Below, in pieces: positions 8,949 to 17,018 of a stretch of 57,079 bases of DNA (position 1 is its first letter; every line of letters begins with the position of its first letter). This DNA is from a virus (lineage: Duplodnaviria > Caudoviricetes). Location of the stretch: the IMG/VR virus record IMGVR_UViG_3300017781_000010, positions 1 through 57,079 of that record, one strand, 5' to 3'. The notes beneath the pieces were generated by a model. The model ran no database searches. It was not told where the DNA came from and was given only the letters and a program-made list of their open reading frames with translations. Made by a program: the position numbers and the translations under genes.

Positions 8949-9589
8949 ATATTAATCCTTACTGAATTTGTTCCTAGTTTACCTTTAGGAAAATAATTAA
9001 AAGCCAAACTATATCTATCTTGTTTATCATTACTAAGTGCGACCTCATGTTCTAAGTGGCTAGGAAATATTAAACAATCTCCAGTCATAGGTTTTACTGT
9101 CCATGCTCCAATAGTATATTGACTCCAATTTTCTTTTGTATTAGGTCGTACATGTTCTGGAAATGTATTAAGATGTTGTCTATTCTTTCTAAATGTAATA
9201 GGATTAGAATGGTCTCCTACTTCAGGATAATATACTCCACTAATTAATGAATTAGCATGATTGTGTAATCCTATATCACTACCAGTATTCATCTTATTAA
9301 TCCAACTTGTAGTAAGTTCGAACTTTGTATCGTCTGTAACATCTAAAACTGTATGAGCAAAATGATTTACTGCACGTTCTATTAGTTCTAGTAAGTTACT
9401 TAATTTTGGCTGATTAAGGACATCAAATCCTCGTTCTGACGCTGGTAAATGATCTTCGTTGCCATATTGTGCAACAGAACTATTTGGGCAGTCTAAACGC
9501 TTTAGCCATGCAAGTGTTATTGGATCCAGAGGTCCAATATGTGTCTTTAGCAAAGGCGTTGAGAATAAAGGTGTGATATCATAATGCAT
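8945..9589 (-). CDS. 2OG-Fe(II) oxygenase (TIGR02466-type, HxH), tandem paralog
   Basis: 'SWIN...HNHANSLISGVYY...GDCLIFPSHLEH.V...RYSLAFN'. Confidence 0.85.
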   Translation of the reverse strand: MHYDITPLFSTPLLKTHIGPLDPITLAWLKRLDCPNSSVAQYGNEDHLPASERGFDVLNQPKLSNLLELIERAVNHFAHTVLDVTDDTKFELTTSWINKMNTGSDIGLHNHANSLISGVYYPEVGDHSNPITFRKNRQHLNTFPEHVRPNTKENWSQYTIGAWTVKPMTGDCLIFPSHLEHEVALSNDKQDRYSLAFNYFPKGKLGTNSVRINI

Positions 9590-9595
9590 AGTATA

Positions 9596-9624
9596 ATAAT
9601 ACTATCAATATATCAGTTTGTCAA
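9596..9624 (-). promoter_or_regulatory. Sigma70-type early promoter TTGACA-N17-TATTAT, leaderless
   Basis: -35 at 9624-9619, 17-nt spacer, -10 at 9601-9596, ATG 6 nt later at 9589, no SD. Confidence 0.8.
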
Positions 9625-9631
9625 GTATTTT

Positions 9632-10390
9632 TTAACCTATTGTGAATCCGTAGCCCATTCCACCGGCTACTTGCTGTGATACATCCATTTCAAGTTTTTC
9701 TAGTTCTGCTTGTGCTTCTGCTTTGAGTGCATCACCGTTCAAAGAACTACCACCTTGTGGTCCTGCTATTTGTGCAAACTTACTACGTGCTTCTCCTAGC
9801 ATAAATTTACAAGTTGCTACAGTATAATCTTTAATCCATTGACTTGCTAGATAGTCTGACAATAATTGTTCATCTGGACGATAATTGTAACAAAGTAGTA
9901 ACAATGTTTCTTGTGTTCGAGGACGCTGTAACATTGTAAATTCTTTTGTAGTTGTATTCCATTTAAATTCAATATAAGAACCAAACATTCTACCTACTAG
10001 TTCTTGGTACTGACTAAACATATCATATGTTGCTAGTCCGCCCATGTTAGAACTTGATAACAAGTAAGTGTTAGTGTATGCCATGTTGAATGGTTCAAAT
10101 AATGTACCACCATCTCCGCCACCTGATCGTGAACCAATTGAACGTCTGAAAACTCTTCTTACTTCAATTACATTATCTGGCAAAACATAAGTGTTTTGAT
10201 CTTCAACTGTTGGCATAAACATATATGATTCTTCAACTGAATTATCTGAACGCTGTCTAAATTTTGATAACGCTTTTCCTAATGCAGTTTGATAATGAAC
10301 TGGATCTAGTTCAACGTCTACCATACCTCCGCCCAATAGTGCGTAAACGTAGTCGTAAACTTCTTGTTTTTTAGTTGCTAGTGTAGCCAT
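9632..10390 (-). CDS. gp13: Neck protein (T4 gp13-like); start probably ATG at 10390 (MATLATKK) rather than 10405
   Basis: 'LGGGMVDVEL...WIKDYTVA.CK..LGEARSKF..I.GP.GG..LNGD.L..EA..E.EKLE'; GGAG RBS upstream of 10390. Confidence 0.85.
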   Translation of the reverse strand: MATLATKKQEVYDYVYALLGGGMVDVELDPVHYQTALGKALSKFRQRSDNSVEESYMFMPTVEDQNTYVLPDNVIEVRRVFRRSIGSRSGGGDGGTLFEPFNMAYTNTYLLSSSNMGGLATYDMFSQYQELVGRMFGSYIEFKWNTTTKEFTMLQRPRTQETLLLLCYNYRPDEQLLSDYLASQWIKDYTVATCKFMLGEARSKFAQIAGPQGGSSLNGDALKAEAQAELEKLEMDVSQQVAGGMGYGFTIG

Positions 10391-10408
10391 ATGTAAAGTC
10401 TCCACTAG

Positions 10409-10440
10409 TATTTATCGTTAGATGCCTCGTTCGATAAATA
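10409..10440. promoter_or_regulatory. Back-to-back divergent late promoters (TATTTATCG...CGATAAATA)
   Basis: 9-bp inverted repeat at 10409-10417 and 10432-10440, each arm a GATAAATA motif pointing at gp13 (-) or gp14 (+). Confidence 0.75.
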
Positions 10441-10445
10441 TGTGT

Positions 10446-11600
10446 ATGCCAAGACTATCCTTATATAAACCAGAAAAGGGCAACGATTACGCATTTATGG
10501 ACAAACAAGTCTATGAAATGTTCACTGTAGGCGGAACTGATATATTCGTTCACAAGTATCTAGGCCCTAATAATCCTGATGAAGCAGATGCAACTGCGGA
10601 TCAGCCTCGCTATAATGCTGTCAAAGAAACTAATATTCAAGACATGTTGTTCCTTGAAAATAGGGATAGAAAATACGATCCAGACATTTATACTATGCGT
10701 GGCATCTACAATGTACAAGATATTGATTTTGATATGAGTCAATTCGGCTTATTTCTACAAAACGACACATTGTTTATGACCATACATATTAATAATAGTG
10801 TAAAGACACTTGGTAGAAAAATTATGAGTGGTGATGTAATTGAATTACCACATTTGAAAGACGAATATGCGGCGAATGATTTTTCATATGCACTAAAAAG
10901 ATTTTACGTAGTTGAAGATGTAAACAGAGCCGCAGAAGGTTTTTCACCTACATGGTATCCACATCTATATAGAATTAAATTAAAACAAATTGTTGACTCA
11001 CAAGAGTTCAAAGAAATATTAGACTTACCTGCACAAGAAGGTTCAACTGATACTTTACGTGATGTATTAAGTACCTATGAAAAAGAAATGAATATCAATA
11101 ATGCTGTGATTGCACAGGCAGAAGCAGATGCACCTAAATCAGGATACGATATAGGACATTACTATACACTAGCAACTAATGATGATGGTACTGTTGCACT
11201 CAAAACAGCAGACGAAACTGATATAGATGCAAGTAACATAGGTGTTCAAGCAGGCGATATTAGTGATCGTCCAGATAGAGCAGGATATCAAGGATACTTA
11301 CTAGGCTTTGAAGGTAACAATGGTGCACCTTATGGCATGGGAATTAGTTTTCCAACTGCATCAGTAGACGGAGATTATTTTTTGAGAACAGATTATTCAC
11401 CTAAAAGATTATTTAGGTATGACGGCAATCGTTGGATCAAGTTACAAGACGGTGTAAGAGTAGACTTAACTAATACTGACACACGTAATACACAGAAAAC
11501 AACATTTATTAATAATCCTGCAACATCACAAATTGGTGGTGAAACAGTTCCTGAAAAACAAAGTCTATCAAAAGCACTTAGACCTAAGGCGGATAACTAA
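10446..11600 (+). CDS. gp14: Neck/head-closure protein (T4 gp14-like) with C-terminal extension; start probably 10446 (MPRLSLYK)
   Basis: 'FDMSQFGLF...LGRKIMSGDVIELP...FYVVEDV' fits gp14; adjacent to gp13 and gp15. Confidence 0.7.
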   Translation: MPRLSLYKPEKGNDYAFMDKQVYEMFTVGGTDIFVHKYLGPNNPDEADATADQPRYNAVKETNIQDMLFLENRDRKYDPDIYTMRGIYNVQDIDFDMSQFGLFLQNDTLFMTIHINNSVKTLGRKIMSGDVIELPHLKDEYAANDFSYALKRFYVVEDVNRAAEGFSPTWYPHLYRIKLKQIVDSQEFKEILDLPAQEGSTDTLRDVLSTYEKEMNINNAVIAQAEADAPKSGYDIGHYYTLATNDDGTVALKTADETDIDASNIGVQAGDISDRPDRAGYQGYLLGFEGNNGAPYGMGISFPTASVDGDYFLRTDYSPKRLFRYDGNRWIKLQDGVRVDLTNTDTRNTQKTTFINNPATSQIGGETVPEKQSLSKALRPKADN

Positions 11601-13036
11601 TGGAACATTTTTATGACGGCCAAGTAAGGCGCTACGTTACTCAAATGGTAAGACTAATGAGTAACTTTTCTGTCAAAGACGGCAAAGGAAACCTTACTCA
11701 GATACCAGTAACCTACGGAGATCTTACACGTCAAGTTGCAAGTATAATTCGTGACAACACAGAAAACAAAATACCTAGTGCGCCACGTATTGCTGTACAC
11801 GTAACTGGTATGGAAATAGATAGAGAGCGTACAGCAGATGCTAGTTATGTTAGTAAAGTAAACATTAGAGAACGTGCATATGATAGTAACAATAAAGAAT
11901 ATCTAAATTATGAAGGTAAAAATTATACAGTAGAAAGATTAATGCCTACACCATATAAACTTACATTCAATTGTGATATATGGTCTACAAATACAGATAT
12001 GAAACTTCAAATACTAGAACAAATACTAGTATTGTTTAATCCTAGTTTAGAAGTACAAACAACTGACAACTATATAGACTGGACAAGTTTGACACATGTG
12101 ATGTTAGATAGTGTTACATGGAGTTCAAGAAGTGTACCTGTTGGAGTTGATTCAGAAATAGACGTTGCAACACTTACGTTTAGTACACCAATCTATATTA
12201 GTCCGCCTGTAAAAGTTAAAAGACTTGGTGTTATTACAAATATTATTACAAGTATATTTGACGAAAATACAGGAACATTAGATTTAGGATTAAGTATGCC
12301 ATCATTAAATGCACATGACGACAGTATTGTACCTGGTGTAGCAGACAAAGACGGACAACGTTCAGTAGAAACTACAGCCGCTAAACATGTAGTAGGTACA
12401 AATTATCAAGATTTTGGCGTGTATATCTCAGGTAATTTAGCACAAATTGAAAGTCGTGGTTTAGTAGGTTCAACTAATTGGAGACAAATACTAGATTCAC
12501 ACCCTGGTCAATATCAGGATGATATAAGTAGAATATTCTTTACAAAACTAAACGAAGTTACACACGAAGTAACTGGTACAATAAGCATTAACTCATTAGA
12601 CGAAACACAACTTATAATAAATTGGGACACTGATACGTTCCCAAGTAATACTATAATACAAGGTCCTGTTAGAAATAACAATCAATGGACAACTATTGAT
12701 TATATTATTGATCCACAAAAAACTGTTCCAACTAATATAATGAAGGGACTAGGTGGTAGAATATTATTATTAAATGATATTGGAGATGCTAATAACGCAG
12801 ACGGTCCAGATGCTTGGCGTGGAGCGTCGGGTGATTTAGTTGCTAAACGCAATGATATTGTTGAATGGGACGGTAATAGTTGGGTAATTGTATTTGATGC
12901 ATCAACTGTAACCGAAGTAACATATACAACTAATTTAAATACAGGCGTTCAATATCGCTGGGATGGCGAAGAATGGCTCTTAAGTATTGAGGGATTATAT
13001 CCAGGAGGGACCTGGCGAATCGCTCTCAACGGCTAA
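11600..13036 (+). CDS. gp15: Tail terminator / sheath stabiliser (T4 gp15-like) with C-terminal extension
   Basis: 'HFYDGQVRRY...IPVTYG...PRIA...MPTPYKL.F...LQILEQILVLFNP'. Confidence 0.85.
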   Translation: MEHFYDGQVRRYVTQMVRLMSNFSVKDGKGNLTQIPVTYGDLTRQVASIIRDNTENKIPSAPRIAVHVTGMEIDRERTADASYVSKVNIRERAYDSNNKEYLNYEGKNYTVERLMPTPYKLTFNCDIWSTNTDMKLQILEQILVLFNPSLEVQTTDNYIDWTSLTHVMLDSVTWSSRSVPVGVDSEIDVATLTFSTPIYISPPVKVKRLGVITNIITSIFDENTGTLDLGLSMPSLNAHDDSIVPGVADKDGQRSVETTAAKHVVGTNYQDFGVYISGNLAQIESRGLVGSTNWRQILDSHPGQYQDDISRIFFTKLNEVTHEVTGTISINSLDETQLIINWDTDTFPSNTIIQGPVRNNNQWTTIDYIIDPQKTVPTNIMKGLGGRILLLNDIGDANNADGPDAWRGASGDLVAKRNDIVEWDGNSWVIVFDASTVTEVTYTTNLNTGVQYRWDGEEWLLSIEGLYPGGTWRIALNG

Positions 13037-13044
13037 TTATTTTT

Positions 13045-13485
13045 ATGAACAAGATAATTTGCAGTGGAACTCTGTTCTACAGTCTAAAAACACAACGCTT
13101 TTTACTATTACATCGTGCTAAAGGCAAGACCAAAAATCTCTGGGGATTAGTTGGTGGCACCGGGGAAGGTAAAGAAACTCCTTGGGAAGTTCTTAAACGT
13201 GAAATAACAGAAGAGGTTGGCTTTGAACCTAAAATTGAAAAAACTATTCCTCTTGAAACTTTTATATCAACCGATCATCAGTTTCAGTTTCATACATATC
13301 TTTGTGCAGTAAAAGAAGAATTTATTCCTATACTAAACGATGAGCATCACGGGTATGCTTGGGTTAATAGTGGTAGTTGGCCAAAACCTTTACACCACGG
13401 ATTACGCAATACACTACAAAGTAAAATTAATCAAAGTAAACTTGAAACTGTAACAAAAGTTTTAAATTTACTTGACAAAGAGTAG
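13045..13485 (+). CDS. Nudix hydrolase
   Basis: Nudix box 'GGTGEGKETPWEVLKREITEEVG' and 'LNDEHHGYAW'. Confidence 0.85.
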   Translation: MNKIICSGTLFYSLKTQRFLLLHRAKGKTKNLWGLVGGTGEGKETPWEVLKREITEEVGFEPKIEKTIPLETFISTDHQFQFHTYLCAVKEEFIPILNDEHHGYAWVNSGSWPKPLHHGLRNTLQSKINQSKLETVTKVLNLLDKE

Positions 13486-13500
13486 ATAGTAAGTTATTAT
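13472..13500 (+). promoter_or_regulatory. Sigma70-type early promoter TTGACA-N17-TATTAT, leaderless, driving the heptose operon
   Basis: -35 at 13472-13477, 17-nt spacer, -10 at 13495-13500, ATG at 13506, no SD. Confidence 0.8.
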
Positions 13501-13505
13501 ATAGT

Positions 13506-14645
13506 ATGAAAGTCTTAGTTATTGGTGATATAATATTAGACAAATATATTTACGGCACTAGTACACGTATTAGTCCGGAAGCACCTGTGCCGGTAGTAAC
13601 ACACAAAGAAGAAAAAACTACAATGGGTGGAGCGGCATTAGTTTACGATAATTTAAAAAGTTTAGGTGTAGATGTAGAAATGTATGACACACTAGAAGAC
13701 CATAGTGTCAAAACTAGAATTATTTGTGATGGACATTACATAACACGTATTGATGAAGATAAAGATGCAAACTCAAATGCTGTGCTAGAAAGAATAAAAC
13801 AATCAGATTTCAGACCATATGATATTGTTGTTCTAAGTGATTACGATAAAGGCACATTAGACAATGCTAAACAAATTATAAAACATATTAATAAATTTAA
13901 TTGTAAAGTAATCGTAGATCCAAAACGTTACGCACATGACTATGAAGGTGCTTGGTTAGTTAAACCTAACAATAGCGAATACACTAAGTTTGAGTTTGAT
14001 GAATGGCAAGGTAATATTATTACTACTGACGCTGGACATAAAGTTACTGCTAAAATAGATGAAGTTGAATACAACATTCCTGTAGAAACAGTTGAAGTAT
14101 CAGACGTTACTGGTGCAGGTGATTGCTTCCTAGCAGGATTTGTATACAGTCTTACAAAAGGATATACACACAAGAAATGTTTAGAAGTTGCTATACGAGG
14201 ATCAACTGAAAGTGTTAAACACGCAGGCACATACATACTTAACCAAGACGATGTTGAAGATACAGTTGTGTTTACTAACGGAGTCTTTGATATACTACAC
14301 ACTGGACATTTAGAACTATTGCGTCAAGCAAAAGAACTAGGCAACAAACTCGTTGTAGGTATTAATTCTGATGCAAGTGTAAAAAGACTCAAGGGCAATG
14401 ACAGACCAATAAACAACACTGATCAAAGAGTAAAACAGATATCAATGTTACCGTGGGTAGACGAAGTCCACGTTTTTGATCAAGATACTCCTTACGAGTT
14501 AATTAAGTATATACAACCTAATAAAATTGTTAAGGGCGGAGATTATACTGTTGAAACTGTTGTAGGACATGATTTAGCAGAAGTACATCTTATTCCAACA
14601 GTAGAAGGTTATTCAACAACAAGTATTATAGAGAACAGTAAATGA
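13506..14645 (+). CDS. hldE: Bifunctional heptose-7-P kinase / heptose-1-P adenylyltransferase (HldE/RfaE), compact form
   Basis: 'VIGDIILDKY...RISPEAPVPV', 'SDYDKG', PfkB motif 'DVTGAGD'; then 'FTNGVFDILHTGH...VGINSDASVKRLKG..RPIN...VKGGDY...GYSTTSII'. Confidence 0.92.
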   Translation: MKVLVIGDIILDKYIYGTSTRISPEAPVPVVTHKEEKTTMGGAALVYDNLKSLGVDVEMYDTLEDHSVKTRIICDGHYITRIDEDKDANSNAVLERIKQSDFRPYDIVVLSDYDKGTLDNAKQIIKHINKFNCKVIVDPKRYAHDYEGAWLVKPNNSEYTKFEFDEWQGNIITTDAGHKVTAKIDEVEYNIPVETVEVSDVTGAGDCFLAGFVYSLTKGYTHKKCLEVAIRGSTESVKHAGTYILNQDDVEDTVVFTNGVFDILHTGHLELLRQAKELGNKLVVGINSDASVKRLKGNDRPINNTDQRVKQISMLPWVDEVHVFDQDTPYELIKYIQPNKIVKGGDYTVETVVGHDLAEVHLIPTVEGYSTTSIIENSK

Positions 14646-15484
14646 GCGAACGTTTAAAAATTTTAATTACAGGTGCCGATGGTTTTATTGGTAAAAACCT
14701 AAAAGAATACCTAATGAGCAAAGGCCACGGTATAGCAGAGTATGAATTTATTGAAAATGTAGTTCCTGATTGCAGTCAATTTGATAAGGTTATACATATG
14801 GGTGCTATATCAAGCACAACTGAACGAGATGTTGAAAAAGTTTTAAGACAAAACTTAGACTTTAGTCATAGATTAATGCAAGTATGCGACATGCAAGGTG
14901 TAGATTTAATATATGCATCAAGTGCTAGTGTATACGGAGATGGTCAACAGTTTAACGAAGATGCTCCTAAGCAACCTCAAAGTCCTTATTCATGGTCAAA
15001 ATACTTATTTGATAGAAGTGTTGAAATGTTATCTTGGGAAGATTATAAATGTAACATTAAAGGGTTACGATTTTTCAATGTATATGGAGAACACGAAGAA
15101 CACAAAGGTGATCAAATGAGTGTGTTTCATAAGTTTAGAAGTCAAGCAAAAGAAACAGGTAAAGTACATCCTTTCGAAGGCAGTGATGAATATTTGCGAG
15201 ACTTTATATACATAGGAGATGTATGTCAAATTATTGAAAAAATGATGCATATAGACGAAATGGGTATATGGAATGTAGGTACCGGAGACACAACTAGTTT
15301 TGGTTCAATTGCTAGTGATATTGCTAGTAAGTATAATGCTAAAGTAGAACCTATACCAATGCCTAGTGCATTAAAAGGACAATATCAAAAATATACGTGT
15401 AGTGACAATACAAAGTTACTAGGTACAATCGGTGAGTATAAATTTACTACACCTAAGGAGTGGATAGAAACATGGAAAGACTAG
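14642..15484 (+). CDS. hldD: ADP-L-glycero-D-manno-heptose 6-epimerase (HldD/RfaD)
   Basis: 'ITGADGFIG', 'HMGAISSTTE', 'YASSASVYG', YxxxK 'YSWSK', 'LRFFNVYG..E.HKG..M', 'YQKYTCSD'. Confidence 0.9.
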   Translation: MSERLKILITGADGFIGKNLKEYLMSKGHGIAEYEFIENVVPDCSQFDKVIHMGAISSTTERDVEKVLRQNLDFSHRLMQVCDMQGVDLIYASSASVYGDGQQFNEDAPKQPQSPYSWSKYLFDRSVEMLSWEDYKCNIKGLRFFNVYGEHEEHKGDQMSVFHKFRSQAKETGKVHPFEGSDEYLRDFIYIGDVCQIIEKMMHIDEMGIWNVGTGDTTSFGSIASDIASKYNAKVEPIPMPSALKGQYQKYTCSDNTKLLGTIGEYKFTTPKEWIETWKD

Positions 15485-15897
15485 AAGGTAAAGTAGATAA
15501 AGGTTGGGGCTTTGAATTAATTTGGGCAACCAATGACAAGTATTGTGGTAAAATGATGGTGTTTACTAAAAAAGGAAATAAATTTAGTATGCATTTTCAT
15601 AAAGAAAAAGACGAATCTTGGTTTGTAAACGAAGGTAGTTTTATTGTTAGATGGATTGATACAAAAACTGCAACACTGTTTAGCCAAACACTTACACAAG
15701 GAATGACATGGCGTAACAAACCTTTGTTACCGCATCAATTAGAAGCACTTGAAGATAATAGTAGTATTACAGAAGTAAGCACCGCGGATAGTGTTGAAGA
15801 TAATTATAGACTTATTCCAGGAGATAGTCAAGAAGGTATTTTAGAAGAAATAAAAGGAAAAGTATCAGATGAGCAACCCAAAGATAGTATGGAGTGA
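15472..15897 (+). CDS. Cupin, phosphomannose-isomerase-like (start 15472 or 15460)
   Basis: 'VDKGWGFE...SMHFHKEKDESW.V..G...PLLPHQL.ALED..ITEVST' cupin metal motifs. Confidence 0.75.
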   Translation: MERLEGKVDKGWGFELIWATNDKYCGKMMVFTKKGNKFSMHFHKEKDESWFVNEGSFIVRWIDTKTATLFSQTLTQGMTWRNKPLLPHQLEALEDNSSITEVSTADSVEDNYRLIPGDSQEGILEEIKGKVSDEQPKDSME

Positions 15898-16504
15898 TGA
15901 TGTCAATATTGACTTTTACAAACCTGATTGGATAGCACCAAAGTGTGTTGTTGGGTTAGACCGTGACGGTGTAATTAATAAAGACATTGGAGATTACGTT
16001 TACAAGATTGACGACTGGGAATTTGAAGAAGGTAGTTTAGATGCTGTGGTCAGATTACGCAAACTTGGGCATAAAATTGTTATTATTACAAATCAAGGCG
16101 GTATTGAAAAAGGTATTTACAAGCAAGAAGATGTTGAAAAATTACACGAGCATATGTTTAAGGAATTTGGCGAAGCAGGATGTCCTAGTATAGACGGATT
16201 GTATTATAGTGCTAGTAGTTCTAAAAAAGATATGTTTGCAAAACCCAATACAGGAATGTTCAAACGTTGCGAGCAAGAAGTAAAGCACGTAAAATTTAAA
16301 AATGGATATTTTGTTGGTGATAAAATAAGTGATTTGAAAGCCGCTCTTAAAATGGGTGCAAGGCCTATACTTGTACGCACAGGTTATGGTAAAGAAACAG
16401 AAGAATTAATTAATAAAAGATTTACATATAAAAATATAAGAAAAGCAACTAAAGTGTTTGATAACCTTTCAGCATTTGTTGATAGTTTAGATGATAATAG
16501 TTAA
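15869..16504 (+). CDS. gmhB: D,D-heptose 1,7-bisphosphate phosphatase (GmhB, HAD-IIIA)
   Basis: 'LDRDGVIN', 'ITNQGGI', 'KPNTGM', 'VGDKISD..A...G..ILVRTGYG'. Confidence 0.88.
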   Translation: MSNPKIVWSDDVNIDFYKPDWIAPKCVVGLDRDGVINKDIGDYVYKIDDWEFEEGSLDAVVRLRKLGHKIVIITNQGGIEKGIYKQEDVEKLHEHMFKEFGEAGCPSIDGLYYSASSSKKDMFAKPNTGMFKRCEQEVKHVKFKNGYFVGDKISDLKAALKMGARPILVRTGYGKETEELINKRFTYKNIRKATKVFDNLSAFVDSLDDNS

Positions 16505-17018
16505 AGATAATCTAATACCAAAAGAGTTACAGGATTATTATAATACACTTGTATTTGGTAATACTAGTGTTAATGCAATGTTACCACTTGTATGTAAATA
16601 TGAACCTACTGCTACTGATAACGGTGTGATGCCTATAAGTTTTGAACATGTTTTAAAAAGCAGTACAAAGTTAACCGAACACTACGGAAATTTTAGTAAA
16701 GTTCCGCAAATAGTGTGCTCAGCACTTAATATAAATTTTATAGATATAATCGCCGCTAGGCTTTTCATTACTGTGCCTCATAAAACAACCTTAGATCATT
16801 ACGCACCACATACTGATAGACCTGAAGAACATTTAGGATTAATCTATTATGTAAATGATAGCGATGGTGATACTATATTCTTTGCAGGTGACAAAGAATT
16901 ACAAAGAGTATCTCCTAAAAAAGGACGTATTGTTATTTTTGATGGTAACACATTACATGCTGGTGGATTTCCAACTGACAATCCCCGTTGTATTGTAAAT
17001 TATAATCTTTACGCTTGA
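16491..17018 (+). CDS. 2OG-Fe(II) oxygenase (HxD type, as in marine phages)
   Basis: 'PHTD...LIYYVNDSDGDT...SPKKGRIVIFDG..LHAG...RCIVNYN'. Confidence 0.8.
   Translation: MIIVKDNLIPKELQDYYNTLVFGNTSVNAMLPLVCKYEPTATDNGVMPISFEHVLKSSTKLTEHYGNFSKVPQIVCSALNINFIDIIAARLFITVPHKTTLDHYAPHTDRPEEHLGLIYYVNDSDGDTIFFAGDKELQRVSPKKGRIVIFDGNTLHAGGFPTDNPRCIVNYNLYA

Noticed and set aside
13506-16504. Heptose genes as bacterial contamination or a host LPS island
   Set aside because: They adjoin phage genes on both sides (promoter inside the Nudix gene; the operon's last gene overlaps the 2,473 aa gene) and share composition and promoter style with the rest of the window
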